This document shows positions 48,531 through 61,443 of a DNA stretch of 64,000 nt, one piece after another. The notes beneath the pieces are model-generated. The model was given only the letters and a program-made list of their open reading frames with translations, did not search any database and was not told the DNA's origin. A program made the position numbers and the translations under genes. Origin of the DNA: Narcine bancroftii (taxonomy: Eukaryota). Position 1 is the stretch's first letter; each line of letters starts with the position of its first letter. Location of the stretch: positions 212,784,001 through 212,848,000 of the forward strand of contig NC_091469.1 in NCBI RefSeq assembly GCF_036971445.1. Reading direction: 5' to 3'.

Positions 48531-50308
48531 TGTTACCACTTGGCAATGACAGTGTCCTCACCAGCCCTCCATTAACAGAAATTAATACTTCATGGGGTAG
48601 GGGCTTCAAGAGCTTTTAATTAAAATCACAAACTGGCCATCCTTCAGTCCCGACTCCTCCTCGCTATCGTTATCAAGATACAACACAGGCACTTGTGGCA
48701 CCCGTTTAAAGAGAACGTGATCAGAAATGGGCTTCCAGGTGTCGGACAATAGCCCAGGGAAACGGGGTGCCCCAGGTATGCCCTGGATACACATCTGTTG
48801 GCCTGCCCCCATCTCACCACAGGAAGCACCCAAGCATGAGGCTAAGCCAAGAGGGCTCTGGCACCTAATTGATGACCTTGCATTGCCTGCTTGCTTACAT
48901 TGGTGGTAAGGGTGATCATATTTACCAGCCGAGCCAGAGAAACCAGGCACGTGGGTGACAAGACAAGTTTCTTTCTCTACTCACAGCACCCTGCTCTATT
49001 GGAAACACAGCGACCCTGTGGTGGGAGGGTTGAAGCTGGTGAGGTGTTCTCATTGAATTTGCTTGTGTGCTTTGTCCAGCATACGTTAGGCACTTGTATA
49101 TATGTTCATCTGCTTAATTGGTATCGGTTTTTAACACATCTTTGTTCTTTTTTTCCTTTTCCTTTTCTAAAGAGTTATATCATGCACATAGAGTTATTGT
49201 TTTTCTTCATAGTGATTGCAGAGCAATGTGACTTCTGAGGGGTGGAATATTGTGTGTGGAGGAAACATGGCCTCCCTGACTGTCAGGAATATTGTGAATT
49301 GCGGGTGGTCGTGTGGCCTCCATGTCTGAAACACATTTAGCAGTCATATCACCTGTCAATCAATGCACACCTTGTCATTGGCTAATTCAAATCACCTCAC
49401 ATCATTATTGGCTAGGAGCATAGATTAGCACTGTATATAACACCAATGCAGATCACATTCTCTCTCTCTCTGCCTCGTGGGTCAAGCCCCGTACATCACT
49501 ACATGCTAGGTTGTTAATGTGCACCTCACTGGAAGTGTCATGGGGAAGGTGTGCTCTACACTGAAGCTGAGGCATTGTATTTGGATAGATCAATACTTGC
49601 AGGGAGCCGCCACCCCATTGGTCAGGGAAACGGATGTATATGACTCCCTGTTTGTAGTGTGTGAGCGGGTTGAATATAGGTTTACCGTTGTCAGAGTCCA
49701 ACAGAAGACCAAGGTGAATGTCTATATCATTGCTTAATAGTGATGGAGCACCATTTATTGTTCTCCCCTGATTGTCTTTCTTGTGTTGATTAAAGTTACA
49801 TGTGATTGTACACTTGTATCCAGACTCATCTTTCTGGGAACCCACCAAACCTGATATTCTTCTCAACCTGACAGATGGATAGATTCTTAACCAATTGGGG
49901 AATTAAGGGTTGTGGGGAATGGGCGGGCAAGTGGAGCTGAGTCCATGGCCAGATTAGCCATGATTTTATTGAATGGCAGAACAGGCTTGATGGGATGGAT
50001 GGCCAACTCCTGCTCCTGTTTCTTACATTGGGGTGAACTGTGCAGCTGTCTAGAGGTGGAAGCTCAGTGAACACAGAGAGGAGAAAGGAACAGAAGAGTA
50101 TTCCAGCAGGTTGATGTGGTGGTGGGGGGAGAGGGGGCTGGTATGGAGCAGAAACACAGACAGGAGGGGAGATGCCAGGATGCTCCCAGTGTGTCCCCAG
50201 TTGGAGGACTGAATGGCCTTGTCCTTGTTCTCCACATTGAGTGTATTACAGAGATACAAGGGGATGAGACACAGTTTTCAAAACACAGCTGCTTTATTCA
50301 GTATAGAT

Positions 50309-50440
50309 TAGTGGTTCTCAACCTTTCTCTTTCCACACCCATTCCACTTTAAGTAATCCCTATGCCATCAATGCTCTGTGATTAGTAAAGGATTCTTTAA
50401 GGTGGGATGTGAGTGGGGAGGAAAGGTTGAGATCACTGCT
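50309..50440. mobile_element. hAT/Charlie-like MITE
   Basis: Inverted ends agtggttctcaaccttt / aaaggttgagatcact. Confidence 0.55.
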
Positions 50441-50819
50441 CTAGACCCAATTGTTACTGAAATATTTTACTTGAGAAAAATGATCATTGGCCCATTACCT
50501 TTGGAGTTATGAATCTGTGCACATAACGATAAAATGTTGCAAACCACTGGTGTTGGTCCAGGACATGAAATTCAATGCTTGCAATTGGGTGGCATGGTTA
50601 GTGAAACACGATCTAACCAATGACCCAGATTTGAATCCAGTCCAGTCTATAAGGAGTCTTTGCAACTCCCCTGTGATTAGTAGGGTAATTTGATGACATG
50701 GGTTTCATGGGCCGGAGAGCCTTTAACCGTGTTGTTTTGTTAATGTTTAAAAATGTAGTCAGAGTCCCTGACATTGACGGAGAGAATCCATTCCACCTCC
50801 ATTTCCCTCTACCTTGGAA

Positions 50820-51140
50820 AAGCAACCAACATATTAAATGACTCCCCCCTCCTCAGACACGTGTCCTTTACCCTCCTCCCCACAGAGAGGAAGATTCACC
50901 AGTGTGAGATCACACCCCACCAGATTTAAGGGCAGTTTCTTTCCCATGTTATCAGACTCCTGACTGATCCTCACACTTGCAAAATAATGTTACTTTTACC
51001 TTGTGCAAACTGATCTGTCCCTGTAACTTCACTCCTGCACTGTGACTTATTTACTGGACTATGTACGGGATGTCCAGCTAGACTGCTCCAAAACAAACTT
51101 CCTCACTGCACCTTGAACCTGAAAACAAATGACAAATTGA
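50820..51140 (+). mobile_element. Rex1/Babar LINE 3' fragment
   Basis: Degenerate RRF.SV..TPTRFKGSFFP..IRLL C-terminal motif. Confidence 0.45.
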
Positions 51141-51599
51141 CAACAGTACCAAGACATGTTATGATTTGTTGCCTCAATAACCACAAGACTCCAACCCCTC
51201 CTGGTGTTTGACTCGGGGGGAATTTTCTTCTTGCAAGTTTTTGTAGCCAAGAGTGGGTGGGACCCATGCACCTTACATGCTGGATCACACCTAGCCTGTG
51301 GAAGCTCTAATGCGGTCTGTTCCCTCTTGCCAGCTGTCTTTCCATGCTGTCAAATGGTTTTTCCCTAGTTGTCAGCTGCTCTTTCATATCAGTTACTGGT
51401 TGACCAAATGATCAGGTTTGTTATGTAGGACTAGATGTTAATATCCCTTATTGAACTCCTGAGACTTGCTGCCTAGACTCTGCAGGTAGCAAAGTGAGTG
51501 GAGGCATCTTCTGGGTGATCAAGTGGGGGCCCTCCTTCCTCACTGTTTCACTGATAGACCCACGACACCTTTGCATGGTTCAGCAGTGAATCCTGGTGC

Positions 51600-52320
51600 C
51601 CTGGGTTCACCCCCTAGATGCCATTCACTCACTTGGGGGCCCAAGTGGAATCCTTTCTTCTCATCCAGAGCCACCGACTTCCCTTTTCAGGAGCTCTGGA
51701 GAGATCTTTGACTGTTGGTGCATCTTTCCTCGCACTCCCAACTCCCAAAGCAACCTTGATGTTGATGTGGCTACAAATCCTCTGCAGTCGTTTTCAACCG
51801 GTCGGACCCTTGCCACCCAGCTACATTGCTGCACATCAGCTGCAAGCTCAGTGCACATCAGTTTCTTGCCTTCATAGGCCTCCTCTACTGCATCCTCCCA
51901 GGGCACTGTAAGCTCAATGATGTAAATGAGATGGAGTAAAGCCGACCACAGCACAAGGTCTGATCTGAGGTTGGTTTTCGTGATTTCATTTGGGAAGCAG
52001 AGCCTCTGGCCTAAGTCTGCCATCATCTTCCAATCATGCTGCCCGAAATCTGATGTTGATGTGACGATTCTGGTTTGACCCTCACTTTTCCGGACAAATG
52101 CTTTTAATAGCCAGCAGGATAAAGGTGAAGGTAGATCGTTGACACTCGTCCGCTGATTTTCCAGCACTGCTGCAAGTCACCATAGCACCTGGTTGTGATG
52201 CCAGGTGTATCGGCCTTGAATGAAGCTGGTCTTGCAGCCCACCAAAATATGATTAGTGTTACTGAAGTCAGGCAGAGGGAGCATGTTGGGTCCTCTCCAT
52301 ACCACTGGCTGAGCTTTTCT
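51600..52320 (-). mobile_element. HERO/NeSL-like non-LTR element fragment (restriction-like endonuclease)
   Basis: TNLRSDLVLWS..IIELTVPWED..AYE.KK..CRGF plus an upstream zinc-knuckle relic (CSLC..H..GC..GRYTW.HNQVL). Confidence 0.75.
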
Positions 52321-52349
52321 CCACTCCCTCCCACCTCGACCATTCCCCT

Positions 52350-52880
52350 TGCCTTGATCATGTGCATTAGGCCATTTGGCCCATCAAACTCACCCTCCCA
52401 ATCCATCATGGCTGATATACTATCCTTTTCAATCCCATTTTCCTGCCTTTTCCCCCCAAGCCTTGATTTCCTTCCTACCGCCACCTTAAATTGAATTGGC
52501 CTTCACAGCTGCTCGCGGCAACAATTGCCACAAATTTGCCACCATCTGCATAAAGAATCCCTCCTTTCTGTTCCAAAGGGATGTTTTGCATTCTGAGGCT
52601 GTCACAGACTCTCCCACCAGAGGAAACATCCTCTCCATTTCCACTATATCCAGGCCTTTCAGTATTCCATGGGCTTCAATGAGACCCCTGCCCTCATTCT
52701 TCTAAACCCCGGCAAGTACAATCCTAGAGCCTTCGAATTCTTATATGAAAATCTGGCACTCCAGAGATCATCCCTGTAAACCTCCCCTGGGCCCTCTCCA
52801 ATTCCAACACACCCTTCCTTGGATATGGAGCAGTGCTCTCACCAATGTTGCATAAAACCTCATTATAACGCTGCTTTTAT
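52350..52880 (-). mobile_element. CR1 3' fragment
   Basis: CR1 3' UTR (taggccatttggccc..atcatggctgat) and degraded ORF2 end. Confidence 0.6.
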
Positions 52881-52884
52881 TTAG

Positions 52885-53085
52885 TCATACAGCACAGTAA
52901 CAGGCCCTTTCAGGCTATGAGCCCTTGCCGCCCAATTAACCTACCCCCCTCGGTACATTTCAAACGTTGGAAGGAAACCGGAGCACCTGGAGGAAATTCA
53001 TGCAGATACAGGGAGAATGTACAAACTCCTTACAGACAGTGTGCTGGATTCAAACCTCATTCCTGATTGCTGGTGCTGTAACAGA
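52885..53085 (-). mobile_element. V-SINE (HE1-like)
   Basis: ggaaaccggagcacctggaggaaa..gggagaatgtacaaactccttacagacag. Confidence 0.8.
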
Positions 53086-54009
53086 ATATTGGGGAGGGAT
53101 TATATTCTATTGCGGGATTATATTATATCCCTCTTGAAATAAATGCTAGTATTCCCATTTGCCTTGATTGTAGAAAGAAGCTGATTGGACTAAGAGAGGC
53201 CAGGTGACCTGAAGGAGCGGCAACAATTAAAATTTAAAAAGGTGGAAAGGCAGCAGCAAAAAGCTGATTGAAGGAAGAAGCTGAGTATCCCTATAAAAGT
53301 GAGGGTTTGTGTAGTGGAGGGGTCATCGTTGGAGTGGACTGAGTCAAAGTGATAAGGCTTCAGCTCAACAGATTTTGGCAAGAACGGGTCAGAAGCAAAG
53401 GATAGTAGGAGTTAAAGAAAGTAAGGGCCACCCTATTCAAGGTAAAAAGAGTATTCAGCAGGTAGACACAGGTAAGGGCAGGTGTTAGATATCGTTTCAT
53501 CTGGTTCTCCATCCCATAGGATGATGATGGTTCCTTTCCAGTCAGTTTGTGGGCTTGATATGAGGAATTGTGGGGTCAGAAAGGAGCAGAGTGTGCATGA
53601 ATGGATTTAGGTGAGTAGGGGGTTGCACAGGTCCAGACCCACCCTCGTGACATCCCCTCCTGGATTCAGTGGCATAGAAAAGTCCAAGACAACTGGGGGA
53701 AATTCTACATAGGGAATGGCCAGACCAAGCTTTGATACAAGGGATGCCCTTTCCACGCTTCACAGCATGTTTGCTAGATGACATTTGACACCCTACGAGA
53801 GGGTTCGTCCGTCCTTTGACAGCTCTTGTTTTTCATCCTGCAGGGTATTTAGCCACCCTCTGCTTGGTGGGGGAGCTGCTTTAGTCGTCAACCACCTGAC
53901 CATGTGACAGGATGTACTGGGTTACATGGTACCAGTAGCACTTAGACGAGTGACCTGACAGAAATTATATATTTCAGATTCATATATTTTCTAACTCTTG
54001 TCATAAAAA

Positions 54010-54790
54010 GTGCGAATGGCAGCCAAGGCAGAATGTGGGCCATCAAGGAAGCCAGCAGTATCTGCAAGAAGTGCATCCAGCTGCAGCTCCTGTCAAACCG
54101 AGTTAAAGAATTAGAGCTGGAGTTGGAGGAATTCCTGATCGTTTAGGAGGCAGAGGGGCTGAGAGACAGGAGTTACAGGGACACTATCACACCTCAGAGG
54201 CAGGAGGAGGGTAGATGGGTGACAGTCAAGAGATGGAAAGGGAACAGGCAGGCAATGCAGGGAACCCCTGTGGCCATTCCCCTCAATAACAAGAAGACCA
54301 TTTGGATATTATTGGGGGAGGGGGAGAAATCTACCAGAGACAAGCCAGAGATCATATCTCTGCCACAGAGTCTGGTCCTGTGGCTAAGAAGGGAAGGGAG
54401 GAAAAGAGGTGAGGTGTAGTGAGAGGCGATCCTATGGTTAGGTGGGCAGATAAGAGTTTCTGTGGAAGAGATCGAGTATCCTGGATGGTATGTTGCCTGC
54501 CTGGTGCCAGGGTCCAATCTCAGACTGAGTTCATGGCATTTTCAGGAGGGAGGGTGAGTAGCCTGATATGGTGATCCATATAGGGACCAATGACATGGAT
54601 AGGAAGGGTGAGGAGATCCTGCAAGGAGAGTTCAGAGAGTTTGGCGCTAGATTGAAGGACGGATCTCCAGGGTAGTGATCTCAGGATCACTACCTGTTCC
54701 ATGTGCTAGTGAGATTAGAAATAGGAGGAAAATGCAGTTTAACATGTGCCTACAGACATGGTGCAGGAGGGAGGGCTTCAGGTTTATTGA
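54010..54790 (+). mobile_element. CR1 ORF1 (SGNH esterase-like) relic
   Basis: GDPMVR..MVCCLPGARV..IHIGTND motifs. Confidence 0.7.
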
Positions 54791-55044
54791 TCTATGTCAT
54801 TTCTTGGAGATTTTGTATCTACGTTCGAGTCCAGTTCCAGACTGTGTTCTTTCCCTTGATGCAGAGAAAGCATTAAATCGAGATGAATGGAAATATTTAT
54901 TCAAGATTTTAGAAAAAATCAATTTTGAATCAGGTTTTATTTCATGGATTATTGTATTCACTCCCCAATGGCTTCAATTCTTTCTAACTTTCAACAATCA
55001 CAACCTTTCATTCTTCAACGGGGAGCCCGTCAAGTGTGTCCTGT

Positions 55045-56357
55045 GTAGTGGTACACTTGGAGGGAGTGGGCAGAACCAGCACTAACTGCTCCTGACTTGT
55101 GATGGCTAGACACAACAGCCTCCTATCTACTGGCAGTTAGCCATTACAGCCAAGAGGCACAGTGATTCAGCAGATCCTGCAGGTCTATTGAGAAAACTTG
55201 GCCCTCTCAACGTAGCTATGTCATGAGGTTGTTTGCACTTCAGATGTCATGACACCAGGTCACATGTTGTGTATCTATATTAAGCCTGACAGCATGTCAA
55301 TAAATGCTTCTACTCTTCTCTGGCTGACAACTTCAAGTGTGGTCTTTATTCCTAACACTTCAATATGATGGCGTATGAGCATAAACATCACCTGCCACAT
55401 TGGTGACCCCAACGGGTCTAGCCAGAAGCTTGACCCCACAACAGACAGTCTGCAAGCCCAAGCTCTTTGCTTGCACTATCAGGCAAGCTTCTGCAACAAG
55501 CAGCAACGAGCCAACAACAAATAACGGTCTGCCTAACCCAGCTGGCCTTAATATCGCACTTTCTCCAGTCAACTGAAGCTACGAATGACTGCAAATCAAT
55601 CAATGTAAAATTAAAAGTCAACAAATAAATCACCAGGAGGCAAGTTGTTTTTCCCTTCACAGTTGACTGAATGTACAGCAAGGGGCGCAGTGTCATAGAA
55701 GGTAACTGTTTGGAAAAACTCTAAACTTGCCACAAGTTTGAAAGACAGTTTTATAACTTGCTCGCCACTTTGGCGACCCAGAGTTAACCTAAACTGTTAT
55801 TTTTGTGCCTCACAAACTGAGCAGTACATCAGGCTAACTAGCCGCACCGTCGGGGGATCCCATATCCATAACATTTTAAACTGCATACATCAAAGGGCTG
55901 CGTGTATTTGCTCGACATAGCATAGCATTGGAGTTTTCCAAAATGTTAACGCACCCTGAACTCCAGTAAACTGTAAGTGGTGATATATCAGCAAGTTTTG
56001 TCTGCAGACGACAGCACAGACTTTTAAAACTTCAAACTTCAGGAGGTTTGCATCTCAGCAGCTGTGACCGGGGGGAGCCCCCCCCCCCACCCCCGACCCA
56101 TCATGTTATAACTAGTTACTCCCCCAAGGAAGTCCACTCGATCCGGGAATGACCAGCAACCCCTCCTCAAGAGAAGAAGCCTGCGATCCAGGGGACATTG
56201 ACATGAGGTCATTCGCACTTCAGATGTCATGGCGCCAGGTCACATGTGTGTCTATATTAATGCTTCTACTCTTCTCTGTCTGACAACTTCAGGTGTGGTC
56301 TCGTTATTCCTAAGACTTCAACAAGATGGCGGATGAGCATGAACATCATCTGCCACA
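55045..56357 (+). mobile_element. Small non-autonomous LTR element (two partly similar LTRs)
   Basis: Direct repeat ~55235-55399 / ~56215-56357 ending gccaca; first copy followed by PBS-like ttggtgacccc. Confidence 0.5.
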
Positions 56358-56983
56358 TCGTCTAAGTTCATTATTGTTTGATTTGGTCTTAGAGCCTTCA
56401 GTGATTGCATTTTGAGAGTGTGGTGGCATTTCAGGGATTTGTGGAAAGGGAATTGAACATAAAGTTTCCTTTTATGGAGATGTTCTTTTGCTCTACTTAT
56501 CAAATCCTGCCACTTCTTTACCATCCACATTGTCAATACTTTCCCAATTTCGTAAGTTTTCAGGATATACATTAAATCTGCATAAAAGTGAACTTTTCCC
56601 TTTGAACACACCTACATCAGTGGATTTCTCCTCTAAGGTTGTGGAAAATCAATTTAAATATCTTAGTATTATAGTTATAAAGAATCATAAATATCTTTTA
56701 AAAGAAAATTTCTTACATTATTAAAACAAGTGAATCAGTCTTTAACAAAATGGTCTTTATCCTGAGTGGGTCATATGAATTCTATTAAAATGAATATTTT
56801 ACCTAAATCTTTATACCTTTTTCAGTCTCTACCAATTCTTATTCCTGAATTGTTTTTTTGATTTACTTGGTTCGATAATATCTTCCTATATATGGAGGGG
56901 AAACCACCCTCGTCTAAACAAGATTCATCTTCAAAAACCTAAAAGGAATGGAGGCATTGCTCTACCTAATTTTACATTTTGGT

Positions 56984-57255
56984 GATATCGCCTCAAACCG
57001 TGCATCTTGGCGCCTCACAGTTTGGCGAGCAGCAACCTCCTTTGAAGAAGACCGCAGAGCCCACCTCACTGACAAAAGGCAAAGGAGGAAAAACCCAACA
57101 CCCAACCCCAACCAACCAATTTTCCCCTGCAGCCGCTGCAACCGTGTCTGCCTGTCCCGCATCGGACTTGTCAGCCACAAACGAGCCTGCAGCTGACATG
57201 GACTTTTTACCCCCTCCATAAATCTTCGTCCGCGAAGCCAAGCCAAAGAGAGAAG
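56984..57255 (+). mobile_element. RTE LINE 3' end
   Basis: Near-identical to the reverse complement of 37420-37680. Confidence 0.9.
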
Positions 57256-57508
57256 ATCAACATATGTAACTTTATATTTTGGTTAAACTTTAATATTAAA
57301 AAAAAAACTTTCATAATCGAGTGGACTGTCCAGCATGGGTAGCAATGGAGTTGAATTCTACAAAAAAAAATTTCTATTCTGGCACTTCTTGGATCCTCAC
57401 TTCCCTTTTCTTTAAGTTAATCAAGTGATAATTCTATTGCCAGACATGCAGTTTAGAAAACATTTTGGACTTTATGGGTTTTCCCATTCAAACCCTATTT
57501 TATCCACT

Positions 57509-60088
57509 TGTAGCGGCTGCGTTTGGAGACACGGACCAGACCACAGAATGGCCGATGACCCCGCAGACCTGGTGGTGACACTGGCCATCATCCCAGGTGA
57601 CCTCCGCTTGGTGGGAAGATGGGGAACTCAGGCAGGAAAGCTGGCCAATCCCATGCTGGCACTCCGATGATGGGGAGTCCTAACATCAGTGCCTGGGGCC
57701 CATATAAGCATGACGGCCAGAGCAATAAACCACTCTTGTTTTCCAAGGCTTTGATGTGCATGTTGTTCTTTTCCATGCTCGCATGGCGGGAACGCTACGT
57801 CGGTGACCCCAACAGGTCGAACCGGCAATTGGACTCGAAGATGATGGATCATTCACGCAGTCTTTCTCAGGATTCCAATGTTTTGGGTGTCGCAGTCACA
57901 TGTGTGGTTCGAGTAGTCCGAGGCTCAGTTCCAGCTTCATTGTCACCATCACTGACACCCGTTACTTCTACGTCATAAGTGCCCTCAATCAGAACACAGT
58001 GGAAATGGTCATAAATTGTTTGCGCAGGAATCCGAAGCAAGGCAAATATGCAGCCTTCAAAGAGCTACTAACCCACACTTCCAGGCATTCCCGGTGTGAG
58101 CATGCTGCGGGGCCCCATCCACCCTTATGAGCAAGATGCTCACTCTAACTGAGGACCACAAGCCTTGTCTGTTCTTTGAGCAGATCTTACTGGAGCTGCT
58201 ACTCAAGGATATCTGACTCTTGCTCATGGACGAGAACTTCAGTGACCCTCGGAGCATTGTAGCCCAAGAGGACATGTTCTTGAGAGTGAAGAAGGACACC
58301 AGCACCGTCGTAGACCACATCATCATAGCCCACAAGCATCCCCCATGTTCAAGGCCAGCAGAGAGGAAAGTGAACACCCTGGGGACAACTATGCTACTAC
58401 CACCAGCAACGGGGTGCGGAGGCCCATCTATGCCACTCACCCTGCAGGTTTCCAGGAAATGCCCTGGCCAACCATCGTTGATGGCTGTGGTGGTTGCCCC
58501 ACGTGATACCCTCCTCTTCATCTGGGGCACAGGAATTCGGTGGTATGATAAACTTTTACCACAGATTCATTCCGGCAATGGCATGCATCATGAACCCCCT
58601 GTTCACGCTGATGACAAGCAAATCAAAAGACATTACTTGGGACGATGTCTTCTAGGATCTCCCAGAATGCCAAAAATGTGCTGGCCAATGCCACCCTCCT
58701 GGTCCACCCCATACTGAAGGTACCTACCGTCCTAATGGTTGATGCCTCCAGCACAGATGTAGGGGGTGTGCTGGAATAACTCATTGAAGGCCAGTGGAAA
58801 CCCCTGGCCTTTTTCAGCAGACACCTCCATCCCCCAGAGCTCAAATATAGTGCTTTTGACTGAGAGCTGTAGCGCTGTACCTGGCAGTGAGACATTTCTG
58901 TTACTTTTTGGAAGGTCAGCAATTCAAGGTCTTCACCAATCACAAGCCACTGACCTTTGCCTTCCATAAGGTATCAGACCTATAGTCAGCCCAACAACAG
59001 AGACACTTGTCCTATGTGTCCGAGTTTACCACAGACATTCAACACATTGCGGGCAAAACAACATGGTAGCCGATGCCCCATCATGCCCCATGATCGAGTT
59101 GGTACACGCCCTGTCCCAAGGGGTTGACTACATGGCCCTCACCAAAGCTCAGCAGCAGGACCCTGAGATCCCAGTGTATAGGTCAGCTGTCTCCGGCCTC
59201 AGGGTGGAGGTCATCCCTGTCGGCCCAGGTAACCTGACCCTGCTGTGCGATGTTTCTACCAGCAGCCCACACCCTATCATTCTGGCTGCATGGAGTCCCA
59301 GGTTTTTGAGGCCATCGACAACCTGGCACACCCCGCAATCTGCACCATGGTCAAAATAGTGGCCAGCAAGTTTGCCTGGAATGGTGTCCGTAAACAGGTT
59401 AGCCAGTGGACCAAGACCTGCATAAACTGTTAGTCTTCCCAAGTGCAGGTTCACGAGAGGCTCCACGCAGACTTTTGAGCCGACGCAGCACATGTACCTA
59501 TTAACATAGTGGGGCCATTGCCAGTTTCCCGTGGGACGAGGTACCTCTTAACTAATAGTTCACTGCTCCACGAGGTGGCCGGAGGCAGTCTCGCTGCCTG
59601 ATACCACCACAAAAACCTGGACCAGGGCACTCATTGACACGTGGGTGTCCCAATTCAGGGTCCCAGAGCACCACAAGGGGGCACAATTCACCTCTGGGCT
59701 CTGGGCAGTGCTGGCTAACCTTTTGGGGTCCCAGATCCACCACACCACAGCATATCATCCTCAGTCTAACGGGTTGGTGGAATACTTCCACAGGCACCTC
59801 AAAGCAGCCTTAATGGCCCATCTCAAAGGTCCCAACTGGGTGGATAAACTGCCTTGGGTCCTGTTGGGAATTTGTACTGTGCCAAAGGAGGTCTTCAATG
59901 CCTTGGATGCAGAGATGGTCTACATCATTCCTTTAATAATCCCTGGGGAGTTCCTGGCCCCTGATATATGCCCAAAAGATCCCGCAGCAGCCCTCAAGAA
60001 CTTGCAGCAAAAACTGGAGTTCTTGGTCACACCGCAACCCTCATCACACGGTCAGCCAAACATAATGTCCCTAAGAACCTAAAGACTT
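57509..60088 (+). mobile_element. Deleted Gypsy element (LTR, gag, RNase H, integrase relics) cut by an L1
   Basis: LTR starting tgtagcgg, PBS-like ggtgacccc (~57802), RNase H VDAS..W.PLAFFS, integrase HHTTAYHPQSNGLVEYFHRHLK. Confidence 0.8.
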
Positions 60089-60222
60089 GGAGGAGTCACG
60101 TGATGGAGTAGTGGCCGGACGGTGAACTCCAGCCCTCTCCAGAAAAGTCGGGAAAAACAAGAGAAAATACAAAGGCACAGAAATACAAGTTAAAGAAAAG
60201 TGAGTATAAAGGTGGAAAGAAG

Positions 60223-61443
60223 ATGGAGACAAAAGGAGAAAAATCAAAATCAACGGAAAGAAGAGAGGAAGAGAAGACAACGGAGGAAAAAGGTGAAGGC
60301 CTTACCTGTCCGAAGAGGCCCGCTGTGGAGAGAAGACCCCACTACCTCAGGTCGGTAGAAAAAGAACTACAACAATGGCTCACAGAGCCGAGTAAAAGTG
60401 CGCAACCGCGCATGCGCGACTCCTCGCGCATGCGCGATGCGCATGAAAAAAAACACACCGACGGGAGGGGGGACCAGCTGGGGAGTCGATCTCCACAGCC
60501 GGCAACGACAGCTGCAGAACACCTGCAGCAAGAAGAGACCACAGAAGACAATGGAAACAAGAAAGAAGAGGAGGAAAGGGCAGCAAAGAAACAACAGATG
60601 GTCAACCTAGAGGAAGAAGAAGAGGAAGAATACAGTGAAATAGATAAAGGGAAAGGCAAGGTAAAGGATATACTTGCTCTTGTTAGAGGATACATGGAGT
60701 CATTTAAAGAATGGCAAACACAGGAATTCAATGATTTAAGAAGAAGAATAAACAACACAGAAAAGAAAATAAATAAAATGGATATGACCTTAACAGAAAT
60801 GGGGAAAAAAATGGACAAGATGGAAGAACGGGCAATAGCAGCAGAAATGGAGGTAGAAGACTTAAAAAAGAAATTGGAGGAATCTAATAAAAAAACTAAA
60901 GAGACACAAGAATTACTAGCCCAAAAAATAGATATAATGGAAAATTATAACAGAAGAAATAACATAAAGATAGTGGGCCTTAAGGAAGATGTAGAAGGCA
61001 AGAATATGAGGGAGTTTATAAAAGAATGGATCCCTAAGGCCCTAGGATGTCCAGAACTACAGCAAGAAATGGAAATAGAAAGGGCACATAGAGCACTGGC
61101 CCCTAAACCACAACCACAACAAAAACCAAGATCTATTGTAGTAAAATTCCTAAGATATACTACAAGAGAAAAGGTACTGGAGAAGACAATGGAAAAAGTA
61201 AGAGAGGGCAACAAACCACTGGAGTATAAAGGGCAAAAAATCTTCATTTATCCAGATATAAGCTTTGAACTCCTAAAGAAGAGAAAAGAGTTCAATGCAG
61301 CAAAAGCGATTTTATGGAAGAAAGGATATAAATTTACACTGAAGCATCCTGCGGTATTGAAAATATTTATTCCAGGACAACAAAACAGACTATTCTCGGA
61401 TCCAGAAGAAGCACGAAAATTTGCAGAACAATTACAAAAATAG
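60223..61443 (+). CDS. L1 ORF1p
   Basis: Coiled coil plus ENYNRRNNIKIVGL..IERAHR..PRSIVVKF..IYPDIS..PAVLKI. True start codon uncertain. Confidence 0.9.
   Translation: METKGEKSKSTERREEEKTTEEKGEGLTCPKRPAVERRPHYLRSVEKELQQWLTEPSKSAQPRMRDSSRMRDAHEKKHTDGRGDQLGSRSPQPATTAAEHLQQEETTEDNGNKKEEEERAAKKQQMVNLEEEEEEEYSEIDKGKGKVKDILALVRGYMESFKEWQTQEFNDLRRRINNTEKKINKMDMTLTEMGKKMDKMEERAIAAEMEVEDLKKKLEESNKKTKETQELLAQKIDIMENYNRRNNIKIVGLKEDVEGKNMREFIKEWIPKALGCPELQQEMEIERAHRALAPKPQPQQKPRSIVVKFLRYTTREKVLEKTMEKVREGNKPLEYKGQKIFIYPDISFELLKKRKEFNAAKAILWKKGYKFTLKHPAVLKIFIPGQQNRLFSDPEEARKFAEQLQK

Larger units (their letters stand above)
54795..57505 (+). mobile_element. Old L1 ORF2 fragments interrupted by LTR and RTE insertions
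   Basis: LSLDAEKALNRDEW (~54850), FSGYTLNLHKSELFPL (~56560), IKMNILPK..YLFQSLP and GG.ALPNF motifs. Confidence 0.65.
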
